Assembly (NCBI RefSeq): GCF_006345805.1 | Contig: NC_043001.1 | Location: forward strand, 41,168,001 to 41,232,000 | DNA length: 64,000 nt | Direction: 5' to 3' | DNA from: Octopus sinensis | Lineage: Eukaryota | Shown: positions 27,801-42,878 of the stretch, piece after piece | Layout of the letters: each line of letters begins with the position of its first letter | Position numbering within the stretch: the first letter of the stretch is position 1 | Made by a program: the position numbers and the translations under genes | The notes under the pieces: model-generated | Seen by the model: the letters and a program-made list of their open reading frames with translations, nothing else | The model's database searches: none | Told to the model about the DNA's origin: nothing

Positions 27801-30800
27801 TCGACAAACAACAACTGAGGAAGCAAGCCAGCTTCCGGAAAAACTACAGCACGATGGGCCATATATTACTCTCACACAACTGCTTGAGCGAGCGAATGAG
27901 TACAAGCTGCCTCTTTGCATTGTTGTATGTAGACTATGAGAAGGCCTTCGACAGCGTTGAAACCAACGCAATGCTAAACTCGCTGCAGAGGCAAGAAGTC
28001 AAGGCGCAATATGTGCAACTGCTCAGGGAGGCAAATTCCAGATGCACCACCGATATAGCTTTGCTGTCATCACCCATATGAGTGCTGGTTGAGAAGGGAG
28101 TGAAACAAGGAGATGCGATCTCTCCAAAACTTTTCACTGCATGTCTCGAGCAGATCATCAGAGGCATCGACTGGCAAGGCAAAGTCAATATCAATGGCGA
28201 GCTCTGTTTTGCTGATGACATCATAATCATCGCTGAGACTACAGATCAGCTCCAGACCATGCTGACGAAGCTCAACATCAAAAGCTCTGCAGTAGGTCTC
28301 AAGATGAACTGCATGAAAATGAAGTTCATGCGGTTCAACAACGTACCAACAGGTTGAATGGTGGTCGGCAATGATGAAATAGAGGAGGTAAAGGAATATA
28401 TCTACCTGGGACAGGAAATGAATATGTGCCAAGACATCGAAAAGGAGATCTCGTGGAGTGTAAGGGCCGGATGGAAGGTGTTCAATGGCATAAGGGATGT
28501 GCTCAAGAGAAGGTTAGACTGGACTACCCACGCCAACCTCATCAATAGCACAGTTCTACCTGCAATGTTATATGGCAGTGAAACATGGGCTACAACAAAG
28601 AGAGAAGAACAGAGATTGGTAACAGCTCAAAGAGCCATGGAGAGGTCAATGCTTGGAATCTTGTTGAGAGATCACATCAGTAGCAAGGTCATCAGATAGA
28701 AGTCTGGCATGAGGGATGTCATCGTAGAATATACACGCAGCAAGTCTAGATGGAATAAACACATCGTCCGGCTCACTGATAATTAGTGGACCCATGCAGT
28801 TGTAAAGTGGTATCCGTGCGAGCGGAAATGACAACTTGGAAGGCCTCCACGAGAGGGGAGTTCAGATTTTATTAGAGCAGTTGGGACCATGTGGATGAGG
28901 AAGGCGCAATCCAGAGAGTAGTGGACAGCATGCTATGACCAGCGGTGTCAAATGGACGCCCGACGGACTGGTCGGTCAAGGTGATCAAGGTGATATATAT
29001 ATGTGCGTGTGTGTGTGTGCATATATATATGGTATGAGAGGTATTGGTGTCAAGAAGACCCAAAGGTATCAGGTAACGCTGAGTAAGTGCTATGGGCAGA
29101 CCATAGTTAAGCTCCAGGTTCAATAATGATACGAATGAGAAGTCCAACGTAGGTCATGTATTAGCATGCATGTATATAATAATTAACAAAATGAGATAAA
29201 AAATCCAAGGCTGTGAATAGTTTTCAGAATGTTTATAAAGAGAAGGTCTTTCTGGGATATCTTATACATCCCTCCATCAGGGATATTTTATACATCCCTC
29301 CATCAGAGATGGTATGAGAAAATGTTTAAGTAATAATTATTGTAGAGAATGGTGTTCCATTATTTAAACAGAATGGTGTATCATTCTGCTTATATAATGG
29401 AACTGCAAATACAATATCCTTACGTATCTCAATTCTATTTTCATTCCTTCACTTCCCTCTGTATTTCATATCTTCTCTACAATAATCATTACTTAAACAT
29501 TATCTTGCACTGTCTCTGATGAAGGGATATATAAAATATCCCGGAAACAGCTGTAAGACCTCTTTATAAACATTCTGAAAACTATTCACAGCCTTGGATT
29601 TTTTATCTCATTCTGTTAATTATTATTATTATTATTATTATTTATATATATATTTATATATATTTATGTATGTAAGTATGTATATGTATACACCCACACT
29701 CACATATATATACATATATATCTATATGCACATATATATATATATGTATACGCACATATATATGTATACGCACATATATATATATGTATACACACACATA
29801 TATATATGCATACACACACACATATATATGTACACTGTTACATGAAATGTTGCTAAGTATTTTGCCTAGTATGATAACAATCCTGTCAGTTTGCTACCTT
29901 AATAAAACCAATTAATATCATCATTTATCTATGACTGATTAACAAACTAAAGAATCTTAACTCCTTTCTCATCTTCAGCCATCACTGTTCATATGACTAC
30001 TAACTTATTGAAGGGGAATCACACATTTATTTTACTAATTTTTTATAGCATGTCTCCTCAAAAATCTTTTTTATATATATATTTATTTTTCTGTGCTTGA
30101 CATCTGGGTATAATTTGTAAAAAAAAAAAAAAAAAAAACAGAGAAATGCCAAAAATTGACGTAAAAACTTGTCTGTGGACTTATTTTGAAATTATATATT
30201 TTGGACAAGTTTACTAATCACACTCTGAAAAATACAAATTGGGTGAAGACGAGTTAACTTGTCTTTGCCGGGTAAAGGGTTAAAAACTTTCATACATTAC
30301 AGACTGTTTTTAATTTAGGTGAATGTAATGTTGCACTTGATATCAGTAAAGTCTTCAACTAAGTCTAGTATATGTAGGAAACTAGCTAAGTTGCCAACCT
30401 AGAATCTACAACTATTTCTCATTTATTGGACCAGAAGCTCCTGATTTGAATGCACCATTTAGGGTGAGTACCAACTGGGATCTATCTCTGACCTATCAAC
30501 CCTGCTGCACCAGTGGTAATGTTAAATCTTTAGTTATGTTTCCCATATTCTACCTTCTGTACATTAATAAAATATTGTTCCTTATAAAACACTCTTATAC
30601 TTTCCACTGCACAATAGCATTATGTACATTTAACCTAAACACTGTTTAGGAAGATATGCATTATCTTTATTACAAAGACTTTAAGAACATTTTTAAACAT
30701 TCAATGGGACCTTTTAAACAAATTGTCATTTTACACATATGAAGTTAGCAATCCCACACTTCACACTCTCTCGTGGTGAATACACACAATTAAAATCTTT

Positions 30801-33446
30801 AAAAATAATACTAGGTCTCATAATCTTTGATGATCTCTCATGATGATCCACATCACCAAAACTGTATCATGAATATTAGGATTTCCCTTTCAGGCTAGGG
30901 AAATATTTCAGTTGTGATCAGCAAGACCCACATTAGTGAATATCTCACATACACCGGACAATATTTCTGTACACTACTATCCTAGACCACATGTAAAAGA
31001 TGATAAAGATCTAGTCAACAGCACACTACAATCACAGACACACAAGTACCTCTCTTTTTCCTTTTCTATCATGCTGAACCACTTTTGTTCTTCTAAACTT
31101 AAATATACCATGCTTTAAAATGATCTGGAACCAGTGTACACTCTGTTACAATGTAAAGCATAGTATGTCAGTGAAAGAATTTTGCACCTGATTTGTTTTC
31201 CAATTCATTTGTATAGGATTGATGTATAGGTGGTGGTTGAAGTTGGAGTCAATCAGTAAATGAAGTGTTTTGAGAGGGTCTAAGACTGAGGATGAAAGCA
31301 ATAGTAGTGTCGATAACTGAATTCAAATCTTGACTTTACTTTACATCTTTCTCCTTCAAAGGTCAATAAAATAAGCATTAGTTGAGTTCTAGAATTGATC
31401 TAAGCAACTTCATCATTCCCCTAAATTGAAGGCCTTGTAATTATATGAAAAAAATAATTGTGATTAGCTCTTCATTTTAACAGAGCACGATAGGCTTTGA
31501 TGTTCTTTTCTTTCCTGCCTTTTTACATATTAAGTATGCTGAAGTGTAACAACAATGCTCTTTAGCTCTTTTTATGTGATCTAATAAGCTGATCCAGTTA
31601 AAATCTTTAGAGTGTTAAATATTAATATTTTAAAACGATAAAAAAATTTCAATTAAATTATTAGACCTAGGGAAAGTTGAAAGCATCAATTTTACAAAAG
31701 TTTCCCTACAAAATTTCATGTTTCATACCTGCACAGGTATATGAGCCAATGAGTGATCCATAAGTGCTGGAAATAGAAGCTAAATCACTTCCAAACCACA
31801 TCTTACTACTTTAAAGAAGGATACTTTGAATAACAGTTTGGGGTATACTATGCAAAAAAAAAAAAAAAAAATGGGATGGCCATAGCTGGAATGACTTTGA
31901 CCAGAAGTTTTCTTGACCAAGGATGATCTGAAGCTAAACAATAAATTTGTTAATATTTGTGATAGTCAAAGTGAATAAAATATCTCACCATTACTGCCGA
32001 AGAGTCTTGTGTTTTTCTGAAATGAAAAAAAAAGTTCATTTCTTTTTATTTTCTTAATTTAACACTATTATTTTCTCATAAAATAAAATGTGAGTAGAAA
32101 AAAAAAACAATATGGTGGGGCTCCAGCATGGCCATACCTCATGAGCTGAAACTAGTTCAATTCAAGTCAATTCAATTCATTATGTTATCAGAATCCCAAT
32201 TCAGCTCTACTCATGGTGATCGAGGTCACATCCTGTACACTATAGATCTCTATTGCAATCAGACCTGGACACAATGCAGCAGTGGATCATGGACTGGCAA
32301 CTAAAGCTGGCTGTGGACAAATGTACCACCATGCATTTTGGGAGGAAAAACCCAGTGTCTACTTACTCCCTCCACAACACTAATCTCAAAAAGTCTTCTT
32401 ATGAATGTGACCTGGGCGTTATTGTCGACAGCGATTTGCATTGGACAAAACATATTGCTAAAATTGACAAGAAGGCTGAGGGTGTCTTGGCATCACTCAC
32501 CAAGTCCTTTGTGAGCCGTTCTCCGGCTATCTATCTGCGGCATTTTACAGCTATGATACAACCTCATCTGGAATTTACATCACCAGTCTGGAAACCCTAT
32601 CTTGCCCAGGATATAAATCTTCTGGAAGCCATTCAGCGACGTGTAACCAAGAGAATACCCTCCATCAGGCATTTGCCATATTCTGAATGCCTTACTTCCC
32701 TGGACATGGACACATTGAAACTCCAACGTCTGGCAGCTGACTTGGCAGACACCCATAAAATTATTAACCATCTTACAAACAATAACTCTGAGCACCTTTT
32801 CAAACTCCACCTGTCAAACACCCGTGGACATGTTTACAAAGTTAGAAAACAGCACAGTTCCCATGACTTTCGGAAACATTTTTTCACGCTAAGGGTTGCT
32901 GAAGCATGGAACAGACTGCTGACATCAGTTGTTAGTTGTCGGAGCACTGCATCCTTCAAAACTTCCTGAGATTCGCCAACACTACACCTGATTTTCACCC
33001 CTCCATACACATGCAAGCATGTATCTGACTCATACACTGTTCGCTTCCCAGACATTTGTACATTACTGCATATACTTTATTCGCACTTTTGACAAGTTGT
33101 GGTGCACCTGAGCACTGTATACAATAATTTCATTATTATTATATTTTTCCCCCTTCAATTTCCTTAACCAAAATAATAGAATGAACTGTTTCTCCACTTG
33201 TGCCTGAAGCTAGATTTTAAGACACTCACATGTAAAAACTTATGTATAAACACTGCCTGGTGCTTCAATTTTCTCAAGATTTACATAAAATTTTCAGTTT
33301 AGAAAGGAATATAGAACAAATATTGTTTAAAATGACTAGAAAAACAATTAGGATCCATAGAAAATGCATAATTGAGCAAGTATCATCTGCCATACACTCT
33401 AGTTGACCAGTACTTTCCAAGTGAAATTTAGTGGGCTGAAAATGTA

Positions 33447-33501
<55 letters not shown>

Positions 33502-33721
33502 GTGGTATGTATGTATATAGTTCAAATGTGCAAAAAGCAAATGACAAAGACAGGTGAGGGAACAACAAGCAGGTGTATAAGTGTGATGCTCAGGAAGATT
33601 GAAAAAGTCTTTAACATTTCAAGCCTACACTCTTCAAAAGGGATGAAAGGAAAAAATGGAGAGAGAAAGCAAAAGAAAAACAGAGAAGAAAAAATGTGAT
33701 TGGATTAACAGTTTAACATGA

Positions 33722-33758
<37 letters not shown>

Positions 33759-34793
33759 AAATGTGACCTCATGTGTACCGTTAGCGATTTTTTTCCTCTG
33801 TCTTCCCTTCTCTGGATCTTTCCTTCTCCTATGTTTCCAACGAAGAGCTCTGCTCGAAACGTTAAACCCTCCTTCTTTCCTTCTTTCGTGAGCGTCCAAT
33901 AATACTATATTTGTTCCACGTCCTCGCGTTGTTGTGTTTTTTTGTGTTTTCTTGTTTGGATTAACTTTATATATATATATCTTGATAGAAATAGCAAGAC
34001 AACAAAAGAATGAAAGAGACCTCAATATTATGTAAATAGAGGAATTTATCTGTAAATATAATATGTGACAATTATTTGGTAGCCATGATAAAACTCCGAG
34101 TTTTGGATGTCGGGGCGGGTTTCCGAGTTTCGGATGGCGGCATGGATTTCAACCCTGACATCTGAAACTCAGAGTTTTAGCATAGCTACTGAATAATTGT
34201 CACATATTATATTTACATATAGACATATATATTATCATTAATATTCTCTCACACTGGCAGCCTGAGTTTTTGCCGTTTTGTAGTGCCCAGTTCTATCTCA
34301 TTATCAGAATTACTATTCTTTCACTCTGGCAGCGGCAATGTTAAACCCATTCGTTCAATTATGTTACCCTAAATCCCCAAATTCTGTCTCCGTGTTCTGT
34401 CTTCGACCAGCCTAACTCTGGTCTCTCTCTCTTCTTCTCTGTTTCATTAACCACTTGCTTCTTCCAACAATTTATCTCCACTCCCCCCACCGATCCCACC
34501 CCATATAAACTAGCTCATTCAGATTCCCCTACCTCATATTTTAATACCTTGCCACACGAAATAGAAACCAAAAGATGTTCAGATAAGCAGCCTTGTTTTC
34601 CAACCTAGTGCACATCTAAAACCTCTTTTTCAGTGCAAGTAATTATCATAATTACTTTATTATTTCATTTCATTATCTATCTATGTAAACACAGTTTTGT
34701 CTTCCATGCTGTAATATTTAGAGAAAAAAACTTAAAATTCCTTCGCTCAATCCAACTCTCCCTCTTTCTGCCTCTCTTTCACGCTCATATTCA

Positions 34794-34839
<46 letters not shown>

Positions 34840-34903
34840 TGTATATTTATACATATATATATATACAAAAATGTATATATAATATAGATATATACATATA
34901 TGC

Positions 34904-34960
<57 letters not shown>

Positions 34961-35996
34961 TATATGTATATATATACAATATATATACATATATGTATAT
35001 ATATGTACATTGAATGTGACCTGGGCATTATTGTCGACAGTGATTTGTGTTGGACAAAACACATAGCTAAAATTGCCAAGAAGGCTGTGGGTGTCTTGGC
35101 ATCACTCACCAAGTCCTTTGTGAGCCGCTCTCCAGCTATCTATCTGAGGCTTTATATAGCTATGGTGTGGCCTCACCTGGAATTTGCATCACCAGTCTGG
35201 AAACCCTATCTTGCCCAGGATATTAATCATCTGGAAACCATTCAGTGACGTGCAACCAAGAGAATGTCCTCCATCAGCCATTTGCCATATTCTGAATGCC
35301 TTACTTCCCTGGGCATGGATACATTGAAACTCTGACGTCTGGCAGCTGACTTGGCAGACACCAATAAAATTATTAACCATCTTACTAACAATAACTCTGA
35401 GCAACTTTTCAAACTCCACCTGTCTAACACTCGTGGACATGTTTACAAAGTTAGAAAACAGCATATCTCCCGGCATCAGTTGTTAGTTGCTGGAGCACTG
35501 CATCCTTCAAAACTTCCAAGCTTCCTGAGATTCACCAACACTACACCTGATTTTCTCCCCTCCATACACACGCAAGCATGTATCTGACTCATACACTGTT
35601 CACTTTCCAGACATTATACGCACTTTTGACAAGTTGTGGTGCACCTGAGCACTGTATACAATAATTTCAAATTTTATAATATCATTATTATATATGTATA
35701 CATACAAATATATTGGGTTGTTCAGAAAGGTTGTGCTGATTTATAGTAGCTTCTGTTGCATATGATAAGTTCAGATTCTCGACCCCATGTCGAATTAATC
35801 GATACTTTTCAGAACTGGGGGAACTTTTCAAACATTTTGCTGTGTCAAGTTTCATCAGAATTGGTTGAAAGCCATGGTCAGGGTGAGGGTACAACTTGAC
35901 AGACACACAGACAGACAAACTGCCTTTTATATATATAGAGATAGAGAAGAGATATATATAACAAAGTGGAGTTGTAGGGTACCGCACGAGTGGAAT

Positions 35997-36061
<65 letters not shown>

Positions 36062-36157
36062 AAATAAGAAAATGGGGGAACAAATTCATTTCGATCATCA
36101 ACTTACAGATATTACAATTTCATATTGGGTTACCCTCATAACCCCTATCTTAGTTTA

Positions 36158-36207
<50 letters not shown>

Positions 36208-36214
36208 GTAAATG

Positions 36215-36252
<38 letters not shown>

Positions 36253-38595
36253 CATTTACGTGTATATCTGATTGATTGATTCTAGTTTCAGCTCACGAGC
36301 TGTGGCCATGCTGGGGCACTGCCATTTGGTGTTGCTACATGGTTTTACTTCACGAATGCTTTTTAGCAACTGCCATTTGGTGCATGAGAGAGTTTGATGC
36401 AGCTGCCCTCATCTGCACCTCCTGCCGTGAAGTTGGTTCATCTGGGATATCTGACAAGAAAAGATCCAGTTTCATTTTAAAGACATCTGCATCCACCCCA
36501 TGCAGGTCTCTTAGGTTCTTCGGGAGGATATTGAAGAGGTGTGGGCCTCGGAAGCCCAGGCTATCACAGTATCTTGTCCTACATCTTGATGGCAAATTTG
36601 GAGTCCTAGGCACCACGCAGTGGCGCCCAGTTCTGGCATTTGTGTAACTCTCAATGCCAAAGTTTGGGACAAGTCCTTCCAGGATCTTCCAGATGTATAT
36701 TATGGCATATCTTTCTCGCCTACGCTCCAAGGAATAGAGTTTTAATCTCTTGAGTCTTTCCCAGTGGCTTATATTCTGCACAGAGGCTATCTTCTTCGTG
36801 TAGCTACGTTGGATCGCCTCAAGTTCTGTGATCAACTTGACACTGGATGGTGACCATAGCTGAGAGCAATAGTCAAAGTGGCTTAGGACAAGTGTCCTCC
36901 AAAGGACCATCATGGTTTCTTGTTCTCTTGTTCTAAAGGTTCTGAGAATCCATCCGGCCAGTCGTCTACATTTCATTGTCAATTTAGCAACATGTACACG
37001 AAAGGTTACGTCATCACTCATGTAAATACCCAGGTCACGCACTGATTGTGCCTCTGGGATTGCAATTCCTCCGGGTCCAGTGTATTCATTGGGTATTGCA
37101 TTTAGTTTTGCATGCTGATAGTATAAAGCTTGAAACTTTTCAGCATTGAACTGCATGCTATTCTTTTCAGCCCACTTGTATATTTTGTCCAGCTCACATT
37201 GCAGGTGTTTAGTGTCCTTAGGGTTCTGTATCGCCTGTGAAACTTTTGTATCATCTGCATAACTTGTGATCATGGCTCTCTGCGTGGCTGAGGGCATGTC
37301 TGAGAGGGCCATTATGAACAGTAGTGGTCCCAAAACAGTGCCCTGCGGAACACCGCTCACTATTTGCTTGTTAATGGAAGTGGCTACTACCACCTGACTT
37401 CTATCTTTCAGAAAGTCATGAAGCCATTCTCCCAGTTTTCCAACTATGCTAAGATCACGCAGTTTGTGACATATCATTCCATGATCGACTTTATCAAAGG
37501 CCTTTGCAAAGTCGAGATATATCACTTCCACATTTGAGTGGTTGAGCAGTCGTTTCAGCACCCAGTCATAGTGTTGTAGGAGCTGAGTTAAGCAGCTTCT
37601 TCCTGGTCGGAAACCATGTTGGGTGTCAGGCAGCAAGTCATTTTCTTCAAGGAAGGTGATCAGTTTCCTTCTGAGTATTCGTTCCATGACCTTGCTGATG
37701 TGTGAGGTCAGAGAGATAGGTCTGTAGTTCCTGGCCTCCGCTCTGCTACCTCCTTTATGAATAGGGCATATTTTACCTTCCTTCAGTTTTCTTGGAAGTT
37801 TGCCAGCTGCAAGGAAGCTCTGAAAGAGGAACTGCAGTGGTCTTGCTAGGACTCTCTTACATACTTTTAGGAGGATTGCCGGGAATCCATCGGGGCCAGT
37901 AGCTGAGTCTGTTTTCATTTCATCTATAGCCTTTATTACATTGTCTTCCTTTATATCGATGTAATCTATCGTCGCCGCCTCTGATTTTATATCTGCAGTG
38001 GTAAAGAAGTCAGTTGGATTGGTGATTTGGAAATGCCCAATGGGTGGAGTGAAAACACTCTTGAATTGCTCATTCAATATTTCACTTACCCTCATTGGTT
38101 TTCCTGTGAGTGTGCCATCCTTTTCAAGGCGTGGCTCTATCCTACAATGCACCGTAGCTGTTTCTTTGGCATACCTGTAGAAAGCTCTGGGGTTAGATTT
38201 TATGTTGTCTATAGCCCAGGCTTCTTTGTCTGCTCTTTCCTTTTCATGGGAGAGTTGCAGATATTTTTCAATTTCCAAGTTTTATTTTCAGGCAGGACTT
38301 TTCACTGCTTTCAATTTGTTTGTTTAGGCGATTTGAAATTTTTGTACGCCGTCTCATTAAAATTTTCCTCTCTCTGGGGATTTTGTTCTTGTGTACAGTG
38401 GCCTTTCTCTCTGGGACACATTTGTAGCATATGGCTTGCATTACAGACATGAATTGTTGAAGTTTCACGTCGATGTCTGGCGAGGAGAGACATTTAGGCC
38501 AGTGTTGTTTGAGGATCTCTTTCTCAATTTGTTTCCAGTTTGCAACTTTTACTTATACATATATATATATACGTATATATATATATATATTTACA

Positions 38596-38626
<31 letters not shown>

Positions 38627-38631
38627 TTACA

Positions 38632-38670
<39 letters not shown>

Positions 38671-38678
38671 TTACATAC

Positions 38679-38710
<32 letters not shown>

Positions 38711-38733
38711 TTACATATATGTATGTATGTATG

Positions 38734-38775
<42 letters not shown>

Positions 38776-38802
38776 TTACATATATGTATGTATGTGTATA
38801 TA

Positions 38803-38841
<39 letters not shown>

Positions 38842-41800
38842 TGAAGGGCTTTAGAATCAACCTAGCTAAAACCAAAGTCCTAATAAGTAGGAAGGCAGGC
38901 AAACCACAAATCCCTTCAGGTAGATGGCTCTGCTCGATCTGTAGTAGAGGCGTAGGTAGGAACTCTATAAGATGTACCCAGTGTAAGCTAGGGACACATA
39001 AGTGGTGCAGCAATATGAAAGGAAGGCTAATTGGGAAGATAGTTTTTGTATGTGGCAGATGCTCTTACCTCTGCTGGTGACAAAGGGCCTCTTGCCCAGA
39101 GTAAAAGGTAGACTCTATGATGCATGTGTATGAACAGCCATGCTACACGGCAGTGAAACATGGGCCGTGACTGTTGAGGACATGCGTAAGCTTGCAAGGA
39201 ATTAAGCCAGTATGATCTGATGGATGTATAATGTCAGTGTGCATACTCAACAGAGTGTAAGTACCTTGAGAGAAAGGTTGGACCTCAGAAGCATTAGATG
39301 TGGTGTGCAAGAGAGACAACTGCGCTGGTATGATCATGTGGTGAGAATGGACGAGGATAGCTGTGTGTAAAAGTGCCACACCCTAGCGGTTGAGGGAACC
39401 TGTGGAAGAGGTAGACCCAGGAAGACCTGGGATGAAGTGGTGAAGCACAACCTTCGAACATTAGGTCTCACCAAGGAAATGACTAGCGACCGAGACTTTT
39501 GGAAATATGCTGTGCTTGAGAAGACCTGGCAAGCCAAATGAGACCATAACCTGTGGCCTATGCCAGGAGCGTAACCAGCCCGCTTATGCGTACCTTTTTC
39601 TTCTTTGGTCACTAAACTCTGCTTACGAAGAGCTGTTGTGGCAAGTGAAATCAAAATCAAAATAAATTCAATGACTGGCATCCATGCTAGCGAGGTGCAA
39701 AGAGCACCATACAAGTGTGATTGCTAACAGAGCAGCTAACCGGCTTCCATGCCAGTGGCACATAAAAGGACACCATTCGAGTATTATCGTTACTAGTGTC
39801 ACCTTACTGGCACTTGTGCCTGTATTAGTAGGGTGCCAAGAGCACCATCCAAGCATGATCATTGCCAGAGCAGCCAGCTGGCTTCCATTCCTGTGGCACG
39901 TAAAAGGGTACCATTTGAGCGTGATCGTTACCAACGTCACTTCACTGGCACCTGTGCTGGTTGCACGTGTAAAAAGATTCGAGTGAGGTCATTGCCAGTA
40001 CCGCCTGACTGGCTCCCATGCTGGTGGCATGTAAAAAGCACCCACTACACTCTCAGAATGGTTGGCATTAGGAAGGGCATCAAGCTGTAGAAACTCTGCC
40101 AGATCAAGATTGGCGCCTGGTGCAGCCATCTGGTTCGCCAGCTCTCAGTCAAAATCGTCCAACCCATGCTAGTATGGAAAGCGGACATTAAACGATGATG
40201 ATGTTGATGATGTATATATATATATATATATATATTTACATGTATGTATATATATATATATATATATATTTACATATATGTATATATAAAACCTCACTAT
40301 TAAAGAAGCCAACAAAGGAAGTGCGGTAGTATTGATGGATACAGAGTACTACAAAAATTTAATACTTTCCATGTTGGAAAATTATAATACTTACTACGAG
40401 AAACTAACATATTACAACCCACAAAAAACACTGAAAAACTTATCCTCCTTACTCAAAATTCATGGAAAGGGTCTTACAACACATGAAATAGACTATTTAC
40501 CCAATTTCAAATACAGTCCTAGTCTATTCTATGGATTACCCAAAATATATAAAAATCCACTCATTTGTGAAGCCTGTAAAATCTCTACAAGCCTATGCAT
40601 TAATGTTCCTCCCCCTACTGACCTCAAACTCTGACCCATCATAGCTGGCTCTTCTTGTAAAACCCACCGTTTGAGCAACTTTCTCGACATATTACTCAAA
40701 CCTCTTTTAAAATATGTGAAAAGCTTTATCAGGGATGACCTAGACATGCTGAACCACCTCCCGAAGACAGTAAAGGACGGAACATTACTGGTATCTTTCG
40801 ATGTGGTCAATCTATACACCAATATCCCACATAACTATGGTATAGAAGCAATCACATTTTGGCTAGAAAAATACCCAGAAGAGATCCCAGGATGAATTAA
40901 CCACAATTTTATAATTGAAGCATTGAAATTTGTCCTGCTGAACAATCACTTCTTGTTCGATACTACTTACTATCGACAAAAATGCGGTATTGTAATGGGA
41001 ACCAGAGCTGCTCCAGTGATTGCAAACCTCATAATGGGTTACCACAAACTCAAGTTATACCAATCATCACCAGAAAAATATGGCGCCTCTTTTAATTGCT
41101 ACTTAAAGGAGAACTGGAAGAGATATTTAGATGATTGCTTCATACTTTGGAAAGACAGCATGGATCAACTCCTTGATTTCAAAAGAATGCTCAACAACAT
41201 ACACAGCAATATACAATTCACTATGGAACACAACAGTATACAACTCCCTTTTCTAGACATCTTAATTAGAATAGTTAACAACCACATAGAAACAGACATC
41301 TTTTATAAACCCAGATTCGAAACAATACCTATCATTTAACTCCTGCCACCCCAAACACATAAAAATCAACATACCTTTTAACCTAGCAAAAATAATCTGC
41401 ACCATAGTTTCCGATACATACACTCGAGAACATAGAGTCCTTGAACTTAGATCTACACTAACTAAAAGACATTACCCAATCTCATTAGTAAATGAAGGCA
41501 TCAAAAGAGCTAAGGAAATAGATATACAAATGTTAAGGAAAACTAGCCGAAATACTAAACAAGACTTAAAAATACTCCCGTACATTTCCACACATAACCC
41601 CAGAAACAACGAAGCCTTCAACATCATCACCCAAAACCTTCCCATCCTCACAGCAGACAAAACAATGAACAAAATTTTAAGCTCATATAAAATTATAAAA
41701 AGCAAAAAGCAACTAAAGTCACTGAAAAAGATATTAACCAGCGCTAGACTGTATCCACTAACAACAGAGCCAAAAGTGACAAAATGTGGACGTTCTAACT

Positions 41801-42837
41801 GTGGTACATGCACCCACCTTCTGGAGGGTCCAGAATTCCAATTCAAACAAGGAGAAATATTTAAGATCAAATCAAATTTCACCTGCGCCTCAGTGAATGT
41901 AATCTATGTCATGACATGCATAGGATGTGGTAAACTCTATATTGGACAAACAGGAATTTCGCTCCGTCAAAGAATCACCATTCACAAAGAGCAAATCCGT
42001 CACCCACAATACAGACAGTTAAAGGTGAGTGAACACATTGAAAATTGTACCAGGAATCTTAATCCCAATTTCCAAATATTTCCCTTTTACCAATGTTCAC
42101 AGAACACCTCAATGCAACAAAGGTTGAATAAAGAGGCATTTTTCATCAATAAATTTCTCCCCCAACTAAATATGAATACACAACTCAATACAGAACACTA
42201 ACTCTTCAACTGAAACCACTAACCCCTATACACTTCCTACACTACTCACATCTCTATATCCAGAACTACTGACCTCCCTTACAAATAATTCAGAACTACT
42301 TACCTCCCTTACAAATATTCTTTTTTCTCAGGAACTATTAGACCTAACACCATGTATTAGCCGGTGCCTTTCAAACAATGAATAGCTTTGCATAAACCAT
42401 GGTCCGTTTTGTTCTCTTACTTTATTATCATCTTGTAATCATCTAATAATAACGACTCTTATGACTCGTATTACTACCTCAGTCAATCTAAATGTATATA
42501 TTTGTCGTTACCTGTCATAAATAGCCTTTTTTTATTTGCAATGTGCATTTTCGTTGATTTTTCATATTTTACCCTTACATTTCCACGTGTATTTTATATT
42601 TTCTTTTTGTAACATATTTCTACTATATATATCATCATCATCGTCTAACATCCGTTTTCCGCACTAGCACGGGTTGGACAGTTCGACTGGGGTCTGGGAA
42701 GCCAGGAGGCTGCACCAGGCTCCAGTCTGATCTGGCAGTGTTTCTACAGCTGGATGCCCTTCCTAACGCCAACCACTCCATACATACATACATATACACA
42801 TACATACATATGTATATATATATATATTATATATATA

Positions 42838-42878
<41 letters not shown>

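Noticed and set aside
31729-31766. 38-nt candidate exon (ttccag|...CAG|gtatga)
   Set aside because: It lies in a repeat and its phase (0 to 2) does not fit the main acceptor at 23626; the 28-nt microexon fits exactly
34747-39080. Many YI/IY/CV/TH-repeat ORFs here and at about 29594, 49912 and 52235-54100
   Set aside because: These are translations of (TA)n, (TG)n and (CA)n microsatellites, not proteins
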